Assembly (NCBI RefSeq): GCF_003918875.1
Contig: NW_025765979.1
Coordinates: 126-64,000 of the forward strand
Length of the DNA: 63,875 nucleotides
Source: Haliotis rubra
Taxonomy: Eukaryota
Reading direction: 5' to 3'
Part shown: positions 37,201 through 51,148 of the stretch, piece after piece
How positions within the stretch are numbered: the stretch's first letter is position 1
How the letters are laid out: the number at the start of each line of letters is the position of its first letter
The notes under the pieces: generated by a model
Told to the model about the DNA's origin: nothing
The model's input: the letters and a program-made list of their open reading frames with translations, nothing else
Database searches by the model: none
Made by a program: the position numbers and the translations under genes

Positions 37201-38291
37201 CCATAACATATTTATGTGGGGTGGACCATAACTTATCTATGTGGACCCATAGCCTATCTATGTGGATCAGTAACCTATATATGTGGATCCATAACCTATC
37301 TATATGGATCCATAATCTATCTCATATGGATCCATAACCTATCTATGTGGATCCATAACCTATCTATGTGGATCTATAACCTATCTATATGGATCTATAA
37401 CCTATCTATGTGATCCATAACCCATCTATATAGATCCATAAACCTATCTACATGAATCCATAACCTATCTATGTGGAACAATAACCTATCTATATGAATC
37501 TATAACCGATCCTTGTGTATCCATAGCCTCTCTACGTGGATCTATAACCTATGTATGTGGATCCATAACCTATCTATGGGATCCATAACCTATCTATTTG
37601 GATCTATAACCTATCTATATGGATCCATAACCTATCTATTTGATCCATAACGTATCTATATAGATCCATAACCTATCTATGTGGATCCATAACCTATCAA
37701 TGTGGATCCATAACCTATCGATGTGGATCCATAACCTATTCATGTGGATCTATAACCAGAATGATGACTTCGGGTTTTCCCTTTTTGTCTAGCAACATTT
37801 TAACAGGTCTAACCTTTGGTGTCTAAATTTCACAACTTTAGTGTTCAGTAGAGCAGTCTCTTTCAAAGACCGCCAAAAGTTTTAGGGTAGGCGTGTAGAG
37901 AAGGTCATTAAAGTTCACATATAACTGACAAAATTATGTTAGTCATCGCATTTTGTCGCATTTTGTTAATATGGATTCTATTGACCCTAAAATATATGTT
38001 CAATCATTTCCACCCATCAACAGGACCTGCCCACAACCCCATCTATCAAGTAACGTAATCTATGTAACAGAATGAACAGACATGTTTGCACAGATGTTAT
38101 GCCTACCTTACATTGTGAAACTTCAGATTGTACCTCAGCCGTCCGCTGTCAATGTTAACCCCGACAAACATGTCATCTATCACATGCAACACGTGGTTAG
38201 TTTTTACTCTGATATGTTCGGTGTGCAGGGACACAGTAAACGGCTGTATCCAAGCCAGTCCAAATAAACACAAGAACATATCCATGGTCAT
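31234..38291 (-). CDS. Heparanase-like GH79, copy B; exons 38291-38107, 36223-36093, 35687-35515, 35146-34987, 34579-34529, 34011-33814, 33381-33270, 32640-32530, 32017-31874, 31414-31234
   Basis: Same exon structure and motifs as copy A (YLRVGGTSGDYMVFDP, ELGN, WLGETSSGYGGG, DYWLTLLYKRLVG); AATAAA just after the stop; 1-bp indels at ~35653 and ~32540. Confidence 0.92.
31518..31667. mobile_element. MITE-like inverted repeat
   Basis: ~48-bp arms GAATGATGA..TTATGGATATACAACTT..TTATTCTGTGAA / TTCACAGAATAAAAAGTTGTATATCCATAA..TCATCATTC. Confidence 0.75.
32685..32900 (+). mobile_element. SINE-like family B, 5'-truncated
   Basis: CAACCCATGCTTGTCGTAAGAGGC..CACTGGATAGTCTGGTCCAGA. Confidence 0.8.
33033..33198 (-). 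mobile_element. SINE family A
   Basis: Reverse match to 25212-25381; TSD TCCGACATAATGA (33020-33032, 33199-33211). Confidence 0.92.
34288..34445 (-). mobile_element. SINE family A, diverged
   Basis: Reverse similarity to family A including AATATTCCAGCAATATC. Confidence 0.75.
36965..37757. repeat. 21-bp minisatellite (GGATCCATAACCTATCTATGT)n in intron 1 of heparanase-like B
   Basis: Over 30 tandem units are directly visible. Confidence 0.96.
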
Positions 38292-39329
38292 GTTAACTGT
38301 TTCCCTGTTGTAGGAGGGTAAAGTGCCCTTCTTCTGTGGTGCCGAAAGATAGCAGGTGCTACCAAGCCTTGGCAATAGATAAGGCAGTCCAGACGCGTGT
38401 TTCACAACTTCCATGAATTCTAATGCATATATGTATTTCAATGCCTTCTAGTGTTTTTATTTGCTATCTAACTACCACCTAGATATCATGTTTCTTAGTT
38501 TCAAGGATCGGCTTTATTAATGCTAAGTTTGACTTCCTGCTTGTATTACCATGTCATCTTTAAAATGGAAACCTATTTTCTAAACACATGCCATGCACCT
38601 TTGGATTTTATTTCAAAATACAGCCTGATAGCATGTTGTATATTGGAATAAACAAGCACTTTAAACAGATAAGATCAAGACAAATTTGTGAATAATAGAA
38701 ATGAAAGCTACAAGACCCTTTCAATTCCTATACAGGTAATAAGTTGGGAGGTAATACAATGGTCGGTTAGTGAAAATGGCACCTGCAAAATAACTGTCCT
38801 GGACATGGTCAGATCTGTCTTAAGGGTTGGCAATAAAGACACATGGAAAGATGGTATGTTTCAAAAAGAGACAGTGTTCACGTAGATATGTTTCCTGTCC
38901 ATGTCCCTGAAGTGACTGTTTTCCTCTGTGTAACATGACAAACTATTACACATGGATCTGCAGAATAATATCATATGTGTTCCGCACCTTGACGATATAT
39001 GGGATATGACAGTCTATTAGAAATGTACCTATCCAGACACTTTTGAGGTATCTGTGAATGAGTGCATGGTGTAATTTATTATGAGACCCTGTCCAGCTGT
39101 ACATATTGTACCTATGTGTGAGATATCAATGTATATGTGTCTATAAAATAAAGGACCATTATCCTACATGTGTGCAGACCATAAAGCGTACTCCGCTATC
39201 CGTAGATGGTGGATTTAAAACCCAGTGCAAAAAGCCAGTGACTGATGTAATGAAGACTGATCCACGCCGTCCGATGACAATGCCATTGTTTGCATTTCAT
39301 GCAATTTCAACAACATGTAATGTTCTTTA

Positions 39330-40150
39330 AGTTTCAGAGCAACTGAGAATTATGGACGGCGTGTTGTTCGATATGAGGGAACGCCATGATTGGAATAACT
39401 ATGTCTATGCATAAATTAAATGAGGATTTGACACTTGATATGTTTTTCTTGTTGTTTCTCAGATGTCCAACCTGACGGATTAATCGAAGGGTTTTCTTAA
39501 TATTGACATTGTTTATCAAAATAAATGAGGTCATATGGACATCTCAGTTTTTAACCTTTTGGCAACGTGTCTTTTCTTTGATTAACAAAACGGAGTAAAC
39601 AATTTAATCATATTCATATGCGAAACAGGACACAAATAGTACCCATGGGGATACTGCCTACTTGTCTAGGTATTCTACTCCCAGCTTTGAACAAGACATC
39701 CAGCAATTACCCATCAAGGTATCGGAATATTGAGATATTAATGTTATCAACACACCAATTACATAACATGGTAAAATAAACAAAGGTCCCACAGATTAGA
39801 GATTTTACTTTCTGCTTTAACTTTTGCCTGGACATTACTTTACTGTCATTTACATCCATGGAATTTGTCAATATCAGCATGTGTAATTCGATCTTGTCTT
39901 TATGTTCCCCAAAACTGATTAGACCTAGTATTTGTTTGAAGGTTTTGTTAGTACATTGCTGGAAACTGCAATGTAGGCGTATGTAAGTCCATGCTCATGA
40001 GCTGAGGAATCCATCATGCTAGTTGATGTGTAAATGAATTGTGTGTGATGTATTATGCCAGAATAATGTTCTTTTGCTGAAAGCTGTGTGTATTCCAAAC
40101 TGCTAAATGAACGTCAACCTATTCTTAAAGGGCCTGTACTGTAGGTAATG
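39330..40150 (-). mobile_element. Highly degraded Penelope-like reverse transcriptase relic
   Basis: Broken minus-strand translation includes FKAGSRIPRQVGSIPMGT (cf. PLE FGGxxYxQxxGIPMGT) followed by a decayed YIDD-like region and INN; many stops. Confidence 0.5.
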
Positions 40151-40399
40151 TTACACACACGTTCACCCCAGAATATACGCCCGAAGATTACTGTGACAGT
40201 ATTAAGGTATCCTATCGTTCACTCACACATACAAACTTAGATGTCCCATAATCTCTATTCAGATTGGTCAATGCATTACCCGGCGTTGTCGAACTTCCTG
40301 GTTTAATACTGACGCATATATCACGCTGGCGTTATAAATAACATTCATAGAGATGAATAACAACCTTCCTGCCACTAAGCTATGTCGAGACGAAAGATC

Positions 40400-41290
40400 C
40401 ATGCAAACAGTTATGCATGCGTTCCGAACGAAGGAGTTATAATCACACGCCTTTTCGTCAAATATATGTGATAGTAATTTGATTGTGTTGTAGATTTTGT
40501 GAAGAAATAAGTTTTTTAACCAACGTAAATATTTCATTCGGAGTGCAGAATATTTTGGACAGGAAAATAATATGTGAACTTCATCTTCGAGGTCGGGATC
40601 CATGCAATGTTCACAGCAGATGTTATAGTCGTACTGTTGTTTATCCTTCCTGTATGCATTTACCTTCAGATTGTTCAATGCTATTCTGAATTCACAGAAT
40701 GCACGTACCAAAGACTTGTCTTGGAGACAGGTAATATATGTTTCTGTGTTAAAATCAGTGTTAAATCCAGAGTATAATGACAGATAACTTGAGGTAGAAA
40801 CAGACAAATGCCAATCCTGGATAAAGATATCCTCTAACCTTTGTTTGAAAGTGCTGATAAATAGCTTCTCGTCACCAACTTGTTGTGATAACCAAGTCCA
40901 CGTGAAACCTGCTGAAAAGAGCAGAAATCTAACCTCCGATCACCCAGTTATGTCTTCCATTATCGTCTAAAGATTTGATAAGAATCTAATCTTGGATATC
41001 TAAAGGAGTCCATTCGTAGTAGTTTCAACCAGTATTTGACTACTCTCATTCTGGTATACACAAACACACTGCAGCGACCTGTTTCACCCAATATTGCTTT
41101 GTTTGATGCAAATTTCCCAACAGATATGAATCGTTTAAGGAATGCGGTATGGACCTTTTCAATTGCTTCATTGTATAATGTTCCCCATATCTCGGAGCCA
41201 TAAAGAAGGTTGGTAAAAGTTTACAGTGGAAGATAGGCATTGCTGTAGAGAACGTCATTGCTTGGTTACGTTGAAATAGCTGGTACACTG
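40400..41290 (-). mobile_element. 3' fragment of a LINE ORF2 (RTE-X-like)
   Basis: IFHCKLLP.., CEFRIALNNLKVN..CEHC..LEDEVHILFSCPKY (C-terminal CCHC-type motif of non-LTR ORF2). Confidence 0.8.
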
Positions 41291-41324
41291 GCCTTAATGC
41301 TTAACATATACAGTTGTAGAGTAA

Positions 41325-41521
41325 GGGGCGACTAACGGGATCGGGTGGTCAGACTCGCTGGCTTGGTTGACACTTGTCACCATATCCCAGTTGCGTAGAT
41401 CGATGCTCATGCTGTTGATCACTGGATTGTCTGATTCCGACTCAATTATTAACAGGCGGCCATCATATAGCTGGAATATTGCTGTGTGGCATAAAGTAAT
41501 TAACTCACTCACTCACTCACT
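41325..41521 (+). mobile_element. SINE-like family B, 5'-truncated
   Basis: GGCGACTAACGGGATCGGGTGG..GCTGGAATATTGCT..CTCACTCAC. Confidence 0.87.
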
Positions 41522-42892
41522 ACAGAAGTATAACGGTGGTACATGTGTACACACGTACAAATGTATACACAGCTACCTCGAACATACTTATCCGTATCAC
41601 ATAGATATGCTGTAAACGTTTCCGGTTTGGAACAATATAGACTTGGTGTATTATTCCTATAGATGCAGCTTTACGCTCAGACACATATGAACACAACTAC
41701 CTCTGACACACAGTTTATCTCTATGACGTGGAGGTGCATGGTATCCCCAGTGTGAGAGAAAGCGTGATATCAAAGTAACCTGAGAGCCGGTTCATAAAAA
41801 GAGCTGAAGGAACATTTTACAAAATCAGTCTCTAGCGGTTAAAGACATGTACAGTCTCGTTATATGAACGAACCAGCTTCGTTCCTTTTTTACTTCTACG
41901 CATGTCAAAACGCCCGTATTACTCATGGTCGAACAGCCGAATAATCCACACCCAGTGGGGACAAATTCAATATATTCAAAACTCATTGAGCACTGACAAT
42001 ACCAAGGTGTCTCGAAACGTCCACGCCATCGGGCTTTTTGTGTAGCTGTATATATTAAAACTCTCTGCTTTGGAAACTCTCAATGGATATTTACACATGT
42101 TTGCATGTCTGGTATTAAAAGTAGTACCCGACGTCGCTGAGGGGCAGACTGATCGAAAACTTACCTTCAGTATGAATCCTGTCAACTGTGTGGTGGTTCT
42201 GTGTTGCATTGCAGTGATCACATGTGTGGAGATTCCGTCACGTGCCAAGGGGACGGCGTCCATTATTTACAGCAATAAAGAGAAATAAAAGGTAAGCGAA
42301 CTTAATAACTACTTTCATTCATCTGTTCTAATAATTATGGTTAATCTTATAGCCATTTCAAATATTTGGGATAAGCCTTATTGCAATATTTTATATATCG
42401 ATCATAATATGTATTTCTCAAGAATGATGCAGTTGTATATGTACATGTACCTTGTGGGCTATTACTACTAAGCACGGCATATAGCCGAAGAAACTGGCAT
42501 AGGATGCAAGTGCTCTTTGGTTTAGTGAAACTTTAGAGCTCGTTTATTGTGCCACACAACCAAATACAACAAGTATGGTGATTCGTAATTCTTATCCCTG
42601 ATAAGCAAGTACACGCCTTCAAATGACACGATATTGGTCCTACTGGCGACACATTAACATTTAAGTCATTTCAGTCGAGTATCAGAACAGAAAATAGTCT
42701 CATCTAATGGATGTGTAAAGTCGATCGATATCCTGGTAAAACGACAATGAATATATCACAACCAACTGTCCATTCCTTACATAATCATAGCACGTTTAAA
42801 CAAAGACGTCATATATGCTTATTTACTGTTACAATGTTCGGATGTGCCACATCCAACAACTTAGAAGATTTACAACACGGTTCAAGCACTTC

Positions 42893-43058
42893 GGGAGGCC
42901 TTTGGGTGGCCTACCGGTTAAAGCGTTCGCTCGACACGCCGAAGGTCCTGGTTCCATTCACCGCATGGGTACAATGTGTGAAGCCCATTACTGGTGTCGC
43001 CCACTGTAATATTGCTAAAACATTGCTAAAAGCGGTGTAAAACTAAACTCACTCACTC
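42893..43058 (+). mobile_element. SINE family A, diverged
   Basis: GGTTAAAGCGTTCGCTCGACACGCCGAAG..AAACTAAACTCACTCACTC. Confidence 0.85.
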
Positions 43059-43356
43059 AAGACCATCGAAAACCATCTTGTCATTTGCAACTTCAGCATA
43101 TTTTTACTTAGCACGTGCATTCCTTTGTAATATTATTTTTAACATGTTATAATTAAGTTTAACTACGCTTGCTTGCAAATTATCAAGGCTGAACCTACAC
43201 CATTTTAAACAATTTTGAAACATTTCTTGTAAGGCAAGTTCTTTTGCCATTCTTGAGGAATTTTCCGCAATATATATATATATATACACACACACGCATA
43301 TACATATATATATATTCTCAATATTTCTGGTTGTACTATATATATATATATATATA

Positions 43357-44623
43357 TAGTACAACCAGAAATTATTGAGAATTTATAGATTGTATTTTAT
43401 TTTACTACTAAATGTGAATATTAGCAGAACATAACTCCAGATTCAAAGACAGGTGAACAGTTAGTATATTGTCAAGTCACCATGGGCAGCAATGCAGGCT
43501 TCAATGCGGCGGGGCATACTACTGATCAAAGAAGTTAGAAAGTCGTGGTCCATGCTGTCCCAATATCGGACCACCTCTTCTTTCGTTTCAGCAATATTTG
43601 TCAGATTTTTCCTATTGACACTTTCCTTCATAAGTCCCCAAACATTTTCTATTGGATTTAGGTCAGGGATATAGCTTGGCCAATCTAATAATGTCATATT
43701 TTGGGTCCGAAACCAGACCTGTGAATGCTTTGAACGATGGTTTGGGTCGTTGTTCTGTTCGAAAATCCGAAAACTTTCCATAGAACACATGAGCAGATGA
43801 AAGTAAAGGTCCCTCGAGAATATCTCTGTACCGCTCACTGTTTATATTCCCTTCAAATACACAGAGAGGGCGTTGCCCCTAACACAGATATGCCACCCCA
43901 CACTTCAAATTTAGGACTGTACTTTGGGCGCTGACACAAAGGTTTTTCAGTTTGTTTTGGCCTAGAATTTCAGTGTATTAGGAAACAGCCACACAGAACT
44001 TTCATCTGAGAAAATCAAATTGTCCCAGTTAAAATTTCTATGCTGTAAGCACCAGTTCAACCTTAGCTCCTTTTGTTCAGCCTCGACTTTTCTGCCAACC
44101 CACTTTTTGCATGCAGCTCAGTTCTAATTGTCTCCTTACAGACAGCCACGGTTCCTCAATCAATCATATCCAGCCTTAAGTTTTCTAAACTCCTTCGTTT
44201 GTTTTTAGAAACAAGAATACCAAGCCGCCTCCTGTCACCGACAGTCAATTTTCTCGGCCTACCTGCGCCTCCCTGGTGCCATATCAATGCCATATCCATT
44301 TGCAATACTTTTCAAAACACGATAAACTTTGGACAAAGGAAAGCCTGTTCTACTTGAAATCACTTTAGCTGATCTGATGTCCTTCTTATAATACTCTAAA
44401 ATCAACTTCCTCTTCTCTAAATCATCCATACTGAGGATCACTGAAAATGTCGTCTGCTAGCAAGTAAACAAAGGTGGAAAACGCTTCACAAACTAATGAA
44501 AAGAAGTGACGGAGTTGTCTCTCTTGAATGAAACCAAGCACTTGATAGCTGGTCAAGGTTGTTTTATACTAGAAATCCAATTAAACATATTCCTTAAATT
44601 TTCAATAATTTCAGGCCATACTA
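43357..44623 (-). mobile_element. Tc1-family transposon, degenerate transposase (~44430-43461)
   Basis: Imperfect TIRs (TAGTA....GAAATTATTGA.AATTTA) in (TA)n tracts; NLIFSDESS, FEQNNDPNH, PDLNPIENVWG; frameshifts. Confidence 0.9.
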
Positions 44624-44679
44624 TATATACTATATATATATATATATATATATATACACTGCTATATGATCCTAAGGTA

Positions 44680-47650
44680 TCATATAGCAGGTACGTATAC
44701 GTGTGCATGCACATTCATCCTGGTTTCATACAGTGGTGTACGTATACGTGCATGCACATTCATCCTGGTTTCATACAGTGGTGTGCGTATACGTGCATGC
44801 ACATTCATCCTGGTTTCATACAGAGTGTGTATACGTGCATGCACATTCATCCTGGTTTCATACAGGAGAGTGTGTATGCGTGCATCCAGATTCCTCCTGG
44901 TTTCACACTGGTTTCAATATGCGTACACGTGCATGCACATTCATCCTGGTTTCATACAGCGGTGTGTGTATACGTGCATGCACATTCATATTGGTTTCAT
45001 ACAGGAGTGTGTGTATACATGCATGCACATTCATATTGGTTTCATACATCGGTGTGCGTATACGTGCATGCACATTCCTCCTGGTTTCATACAGCAGTGT
45101 GTGCATATACGTGCACGCACATTCATCCTGGTTTCATACAGGGGTGTGTGTATACTTGCATGCACATTCATCCTGGTTTTCATACAGGACGGATGTGTGT
45201 ATACGTGCATGCACATTCATTGCAAGTGTGTATCCTGGAGTTCATACAGGAGTGTGTATATACGTGCATGCACATTCATCCTGGTTTCATACAGGGTTCT
45301 GTGTATGTGCATGCACATTCATCCTGGTTTCATACACAAGTGTGTGTGTGTATACGTGCATGCACATTCCTCCTGGTTTCATATCCTGGTTTCATAAAGG
45401 GGTGCACGTATACGTGCACGTATACGTGCATGCACATTCATCCTGGTTTCATAAAGGGTGGTGCGTATACGTGCATGCACATTCATCCTGGTTTCATACC
45501 TCCTGGTTTGTGTGTATCCGATGCATGCACATTCCTCATGCACATTCATTCCTCCTGGTTTTCACGTTCATCATTCATCCTGGCGGTGTGTGTATATGTG
45601 TATGCGTCATTCAAAAGCTGTTAAAATATGGTACTTGTTGGTCCTGCCTGGCGCTCGGCATTAATGGGTACAACAAAGGACTGAAAGTCGGCTCGGAGTC
45701 ACTATAATGTGTCTACAGGAGTTGTGTATTCGTGCTTCACTGCGGCATGGTATCTACAGTGAGTATACGTGCACTATACAAAACCAGTTTAAGTCTGGAC
45801 TAGTACAAGCAGCCACATTCATCCTGGTTTCACACACACACATGCATGCACATCGTCATATGAGCGGCATATTTTTACGTGCACGACGTTAATCCCAATT
45901 TCACCTCACCTCACTTCATCCCTAGTTTCAGACGGATGTGTGTGTATACGATGCATGCACATTCATCCTGGTTTCATACAGCGGTGTGTGTATACGTGCA
46001 TGCACATTCATATTGGTTTCATGCAGGGTGTGTGTGTATACGTGCATGCACATTCATCCTTGTTTCATACAGCAGTGTGTGTATGCGTGCATGCACATTC
46101 ATCCTGGTTTCATACAGGGGTGAGTATATGTATTCATATGCATGCACATTCATCCTGGTTTCGTACACACCAGTATGTGTATATGTGAATATGTGTTCTT
46201 ATATGTGTGTATACGTGCATGCACATTCATCCTGGTTTCATACGGATGTGTGAGTATAGGTGCATGCACATTCATATTGGTTTCATACATAGGTGTGTGT
46301 ATACGTGCATGCACATTCATCCTGGTTTCATACAGGTGTGTGTATACGTGCATGCACATTCATATTGGTTTCATATACAGAGATGTGTGTGTATACGTGC
46401 ATGCACATTCATATTGGTTTCATACAGGAGTGTGTGTATACGTGCATGCACATTCATCCTGGTTTCATACAGGTGTGTGTGTATAAGTGCATGCACATTC
46501 ATGGATTTCATACAGCTGTGTGTGTATATGTGCATGCACATTCATCCTGGTTTCATACATGAGTGTGTGTATACGTGCATGCACATTCATATTTATTTCA
46601 TACAGGAGTGTGTGTGTATACGTGCATGCACATTCATCCTGGTTTCATACAGGAGGTGTGTGTATACGTGCATGCACATTCATATTGGTTTCATACAGGA
46701 GTGTGTGTATACGTGCATGCACATTCATCCTGGTTTCATACAGGAGTGTGTGTTTTCGTGCATGCACATTCATATTGGTTTCATACAGTAGTGTGTGTAT
46801 ATGTGCATGCACATTCATCCTGGTTTCATACAGGGGTGTGTATGCATGCATGCACATTTATATTGGTTTCATACAAGATGTGTGTGTATACGTGCATGCA
46901 CATTCATCCTGGTTTCATGCAAGGTGTGCGTATATGTGCATGCACATTCATATTGGTTTCATACAGGAGTGTGTGTATATGTGCATGCACATTCATCCTT
47001 GGTTTCATACAGAAGTTTGTGTATACGTGCATGCACATTCATCCTGGTTCATACAGGAGTGTGTGTATATGTGCATGCACATTCATTGTGGTTTCATACA
47101 GGAGTCTGTGGTTTCATATATGTGAATGCATGCACATTCATCCTGGTTTCATACAGGAGTGTGTGTATATACGTGCATGCACATTCATATTGGTTTCATG
47201 CAGGTGTGTGTATACGTGAATGCACATTCATAATGGTTTCGTACATAGTAGTGTGTGTGTATACGTGCATGCACATTCATATTGGTTTCATACAGTAGTG
47301 TGTGTATACGTGCATGCACATTTATATTGGTTTCATACAGCGGTGTGTATATACTTGCATGCACATTCATATTTGATTTCATACAGCGGTGAACGTACAC
47401 TCATGCACATTCTTCCTGGTTTCATACAGCGGTGTGTGTATACGTGCATTCACATTCATCCTGGTTTCATACAGGAGTGTGTGTCATGTGCATCCACATT
47501 CATATTGGTTTCATACAGGAGCGTGTGTCATACGTGCATGCACATTCATATTGGTTTCATACAGAGGTGTGTGTATACGTGTATGCACGTTCATCCTGAT
47601 TTCATACAGCGGTGTGCGTATATGTGTATGCACATTCTTCCCGGTTTCGT
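44680..47650. repeat. ~40-bp tandem satellite array 2
   Basis: Same unit as array 1, with the same SINE in corrupted form at ~45610-45915 and the same right-hand junction. Confidence 0.97.
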
Positions 47651-49140
47651 AGTTTTAGTATTAGGTGCCATTCCTTACTGTAAGAATATTATCGTAATCA
47701 AAAACATCATACTAATTCTGTATGAGCTGTTTTCATCCTAATGTCATAAATACAGGGACATCAGACAGGGCATCAAATAATACCAACATTCTTCATATGA
47801 TCAATTAATACTCACTAAAATACAGTAAACATATTTACAGAAATGTGTTTGATGGCCTGTTCTTGTTGATATTGCAGAATTCCCCTAGCTTTGTTTTGGA
47901 TTTGGCCGATTGTTGAATTGGTTGTGTGAACTGTTGAGGAGAAGAGATTCCAGACGGATTTGTTTTCAAGGGAAGCTGCTTCCAGCCAGAGAACAAAGGC
48001 TTTAAGAAGCTGCAGCACTAACGAAGGACAACAATATATACGTCGTACATAGAGTGAGGGAGTCATGTTACAGTGGGAACTAGGGCTACAATAGCGTGGA
48101 GAAGCTGAGTTAACTACACTATGTTTAAGATCAGATTATAATCCGTGAAGCCTGTAGTATAGACAATGGATTGAGACTGAATGTTGATGAGTTGATGCTT
48201 AACACTTGTACATATGCCTTTCCATCCTTATTCTGATCATCACTTGCTTGATAACGGCGTTAGAACAGAAAAGTCGCTGTATTAAAGAAGTTGAACATCC
48301 ATACATTGTTATCCTTCCTTAACCATACAACTGGTCGCCATCGGCTCCAAAGAGAAACTGAATGCACAGTATGTTTATTTCCATTGTACTGCAGTAGGTG
48401 GTTGGCTTGAATGAAATAATTAATAATTAACGCTACGAACGCTTTGTAGATCGGAACCCAGAGCCCCACGCATTACACACTATCTTAAGTGAACTGACAA
48501 CGTAAGTTCAAAAGTTTACATTATTACAGTTATGATCAATGTGAGCACAAATCTAATATTTGTCACAGGAAAATAACCCTTTGTGTATACTACCAGTGTA
48601 CCGTATATGTGTGCCAGTCTCTCCACTCCACATATTTGGTCTGTTTTCAGTGATTAATAGCTGCCATAATAGCTACGAATAAAACTTAATCGCCGTTCCC
48701 CATGTTAATTTGTACGTCGCTGTATGCTGATATTGAAATACAATGCTCATTTGAGGTCAGTGTTTGTATTAGTAATACAAATAATAATGACGTATGAGGA
48801 CCGCCAAAACGACTGTTTATCAGACTCATGTCTGCCTGTCTTTTATCTTTTAAAACCTTTTAAAATATTTGTCCAGTTGTATTACGCCGTGTCAGCTTGA
48901 CGTGGGAGGAGATAGCAGATAATGCAGGTCTTTACAGTGAAACCCAGGGGTCAGGACAACCGGGACTCGAACCAACGATAATAGTTTTCGCACGCCTGAT
49001 CATAACACCCTTGAAGATCCGGGTTAGAATTGGTCTTTAGCCACTCATACGTGTCATGAGATTGATTGGTCATCGTCTTTCTTGACACGTCATCGTTTCC
49101 AATTATTTTTAGATCGATGCTCATGATGTCGATCACTGGA

Positions 49141-49385
49141 GTGAGTGAGTGAGTTTAGTTTTACGCCGCACTCAGCACTATTCCAGCGATATGGGGGTGG
49201 TCTGTAAATAATCGAGTCTGGACCAGACAATCCAGTGATCAACAGCATGAGCACCGATCTGCGCAATTGGGAACCGATGACATGTGTTAACCAAGTCAGC
49301 GAGTCTGACCACCCGACCCCGTTAGTCGCCTCTTACGACCAGCATAGGTTACTGAAGGTTCATTCTAACCCGGACATTCACGGGT
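49141..49385 (-). mobile_element. SINE-like family B (counterpart of 4021-4266)
   Basis: Near-identical sequence, same TSD. Confidence 0.9.
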
Positions 49386-51148
49386 GTCGATCACTAGATC
49401 GTCTGTTTACAGACTAGAGACACATAGTTTGAATATCAAACATCAAACATACAAACCTAAGGGAAACAACTCTGTACAGGAACTTGTAGTTCCTGAGATG
49501 ACTGGGTCACCTTTTACACGTCTTGAAACTAATCAACATTGTTGCTGAAGATCAATTCTAACCCGGATCTTGCTGAAGATCAATTCTAACCCGGATCTTC
49601 ACGGTATTTTGCTGATGAAACGATGGTGATCATTGTCTTCTTTGTACACGTACAACCGCTCACGAGATTTTCCATTACCTGGTGTCAGTTAAAGCAACTT
49701 TACTACATTAATGCTAGACAATACATGGCTGATTCCTTTTTCTCTTCCTTGTTCTGTGGTCCAAGTATAACTGTAGTGACAATTTATTCCCAATCCAGAA
49801 ACATCCCACTCTTTAAAGCATCACAGATATGGTATCAATGCATATTTCTTTATTTAAGTAGAATGAACTCTGTGGGTGAAACTCGACGTGTACATATATC
49901 AGCCTTCAGCCAAAACCTTAGTTGTGCCCAAACCGTGACCAACTCGTATTATTCCGGCACAAGCCGAATATCGACGCGTGCCCCTCTGGAAGGACTTCAT
50001 ACTGGCACATGAACATCAGAACTACGTTAAACAAGAGTGAGGGAATTAAGATTTAATGTCACATCGGCAGAGTTTCATCCATATCGTGAAGAAACAATTT
50101 TGACATTGATAAAGAATATGTGTATATGATAAAACATGTCGCCAAAGTACAATAAAACACCTAAACAATCACAGGTAAATAAAAACTAGCATGTTAAGCT
50201 AAAACAAATAGCATTTTTTTGACAATACAGTATGAAAACACTGGCTATAGATCGCCACCAACTGAAGGTAGATCATCGTACTGGGGACCATGGACGTTAG
50301 AGCCCAATGATAAAGATTAAAGTTGATTTGTTATTAACAGATGTAATATTATTGCTTTGAAACTTGAAGTGAATTATAATTATTATTTTCTAAAAAAATG
50401 TTTGAAAAGCGCACGTAAAATCTTCAAAACATACCCGCAAGATCGTCAAGAAATACACACAATTAGAAAGCCGTTATGTAAACAAACGCACGTGCGTGTT
50501 TTTGTATACCTCACCGTCCACAGCATTATCCTTATAAATAAAAGTAACCACATGAGGCAAGACAATTTCTGTTAGGTATATCCTGTGTACTTTAAACATG
50601 ACAATACATAATTTTTGATAGATTTTTAAACAATCATACAATGCCAAAAACGATTTAAGTACTTGAGATTACTTATATCAAAGTACATGCAATCATCATC
50701 GCGTTCTGATTGGTTTGTCATATTTTCGCACACAACACAGCATCAAGAGGGCACGAGTATTCCTGGAGTTTACGGAAAGGGCGAATGGTGACGAATGGTT
50801 GTGCCCAAATATACCTCTTTCAACAATATCATTTTTCATGGAAGCTCAATACAAGCGTGTTAATCTCATTAAACGTAACAGAAACAAGGCTAATATATAG
50901 TGAACTATTAATCGTTCGACATAAGTGACTTTATCGTTTCATTTATTCAGCCATGCACGATTGTAAAAAACGGGTGAACTTCAATATTGATCGTATGAGT
51001 CGTATCATGAAGCGGTCATAAACTCCAGATTATTGCATCGTCGAGGCACAATAATACTGATGTGACAAAGTGAACAAAATAGAAACATTTAACACTGGTC
51101 GTTGCAATCGTCACCACTCGCCCCTTTCCCAAACCTCAATAAGATAGT

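Noticed and set aside
37216-37413. 65-aa ORF with WIHNLSM repeats
   Set aside because: Translation of the 21-bp minisatellite.
44506-47741. ORFs of up to 372 aa in satellite array 2
   Set aside because: Same satellite artefact.
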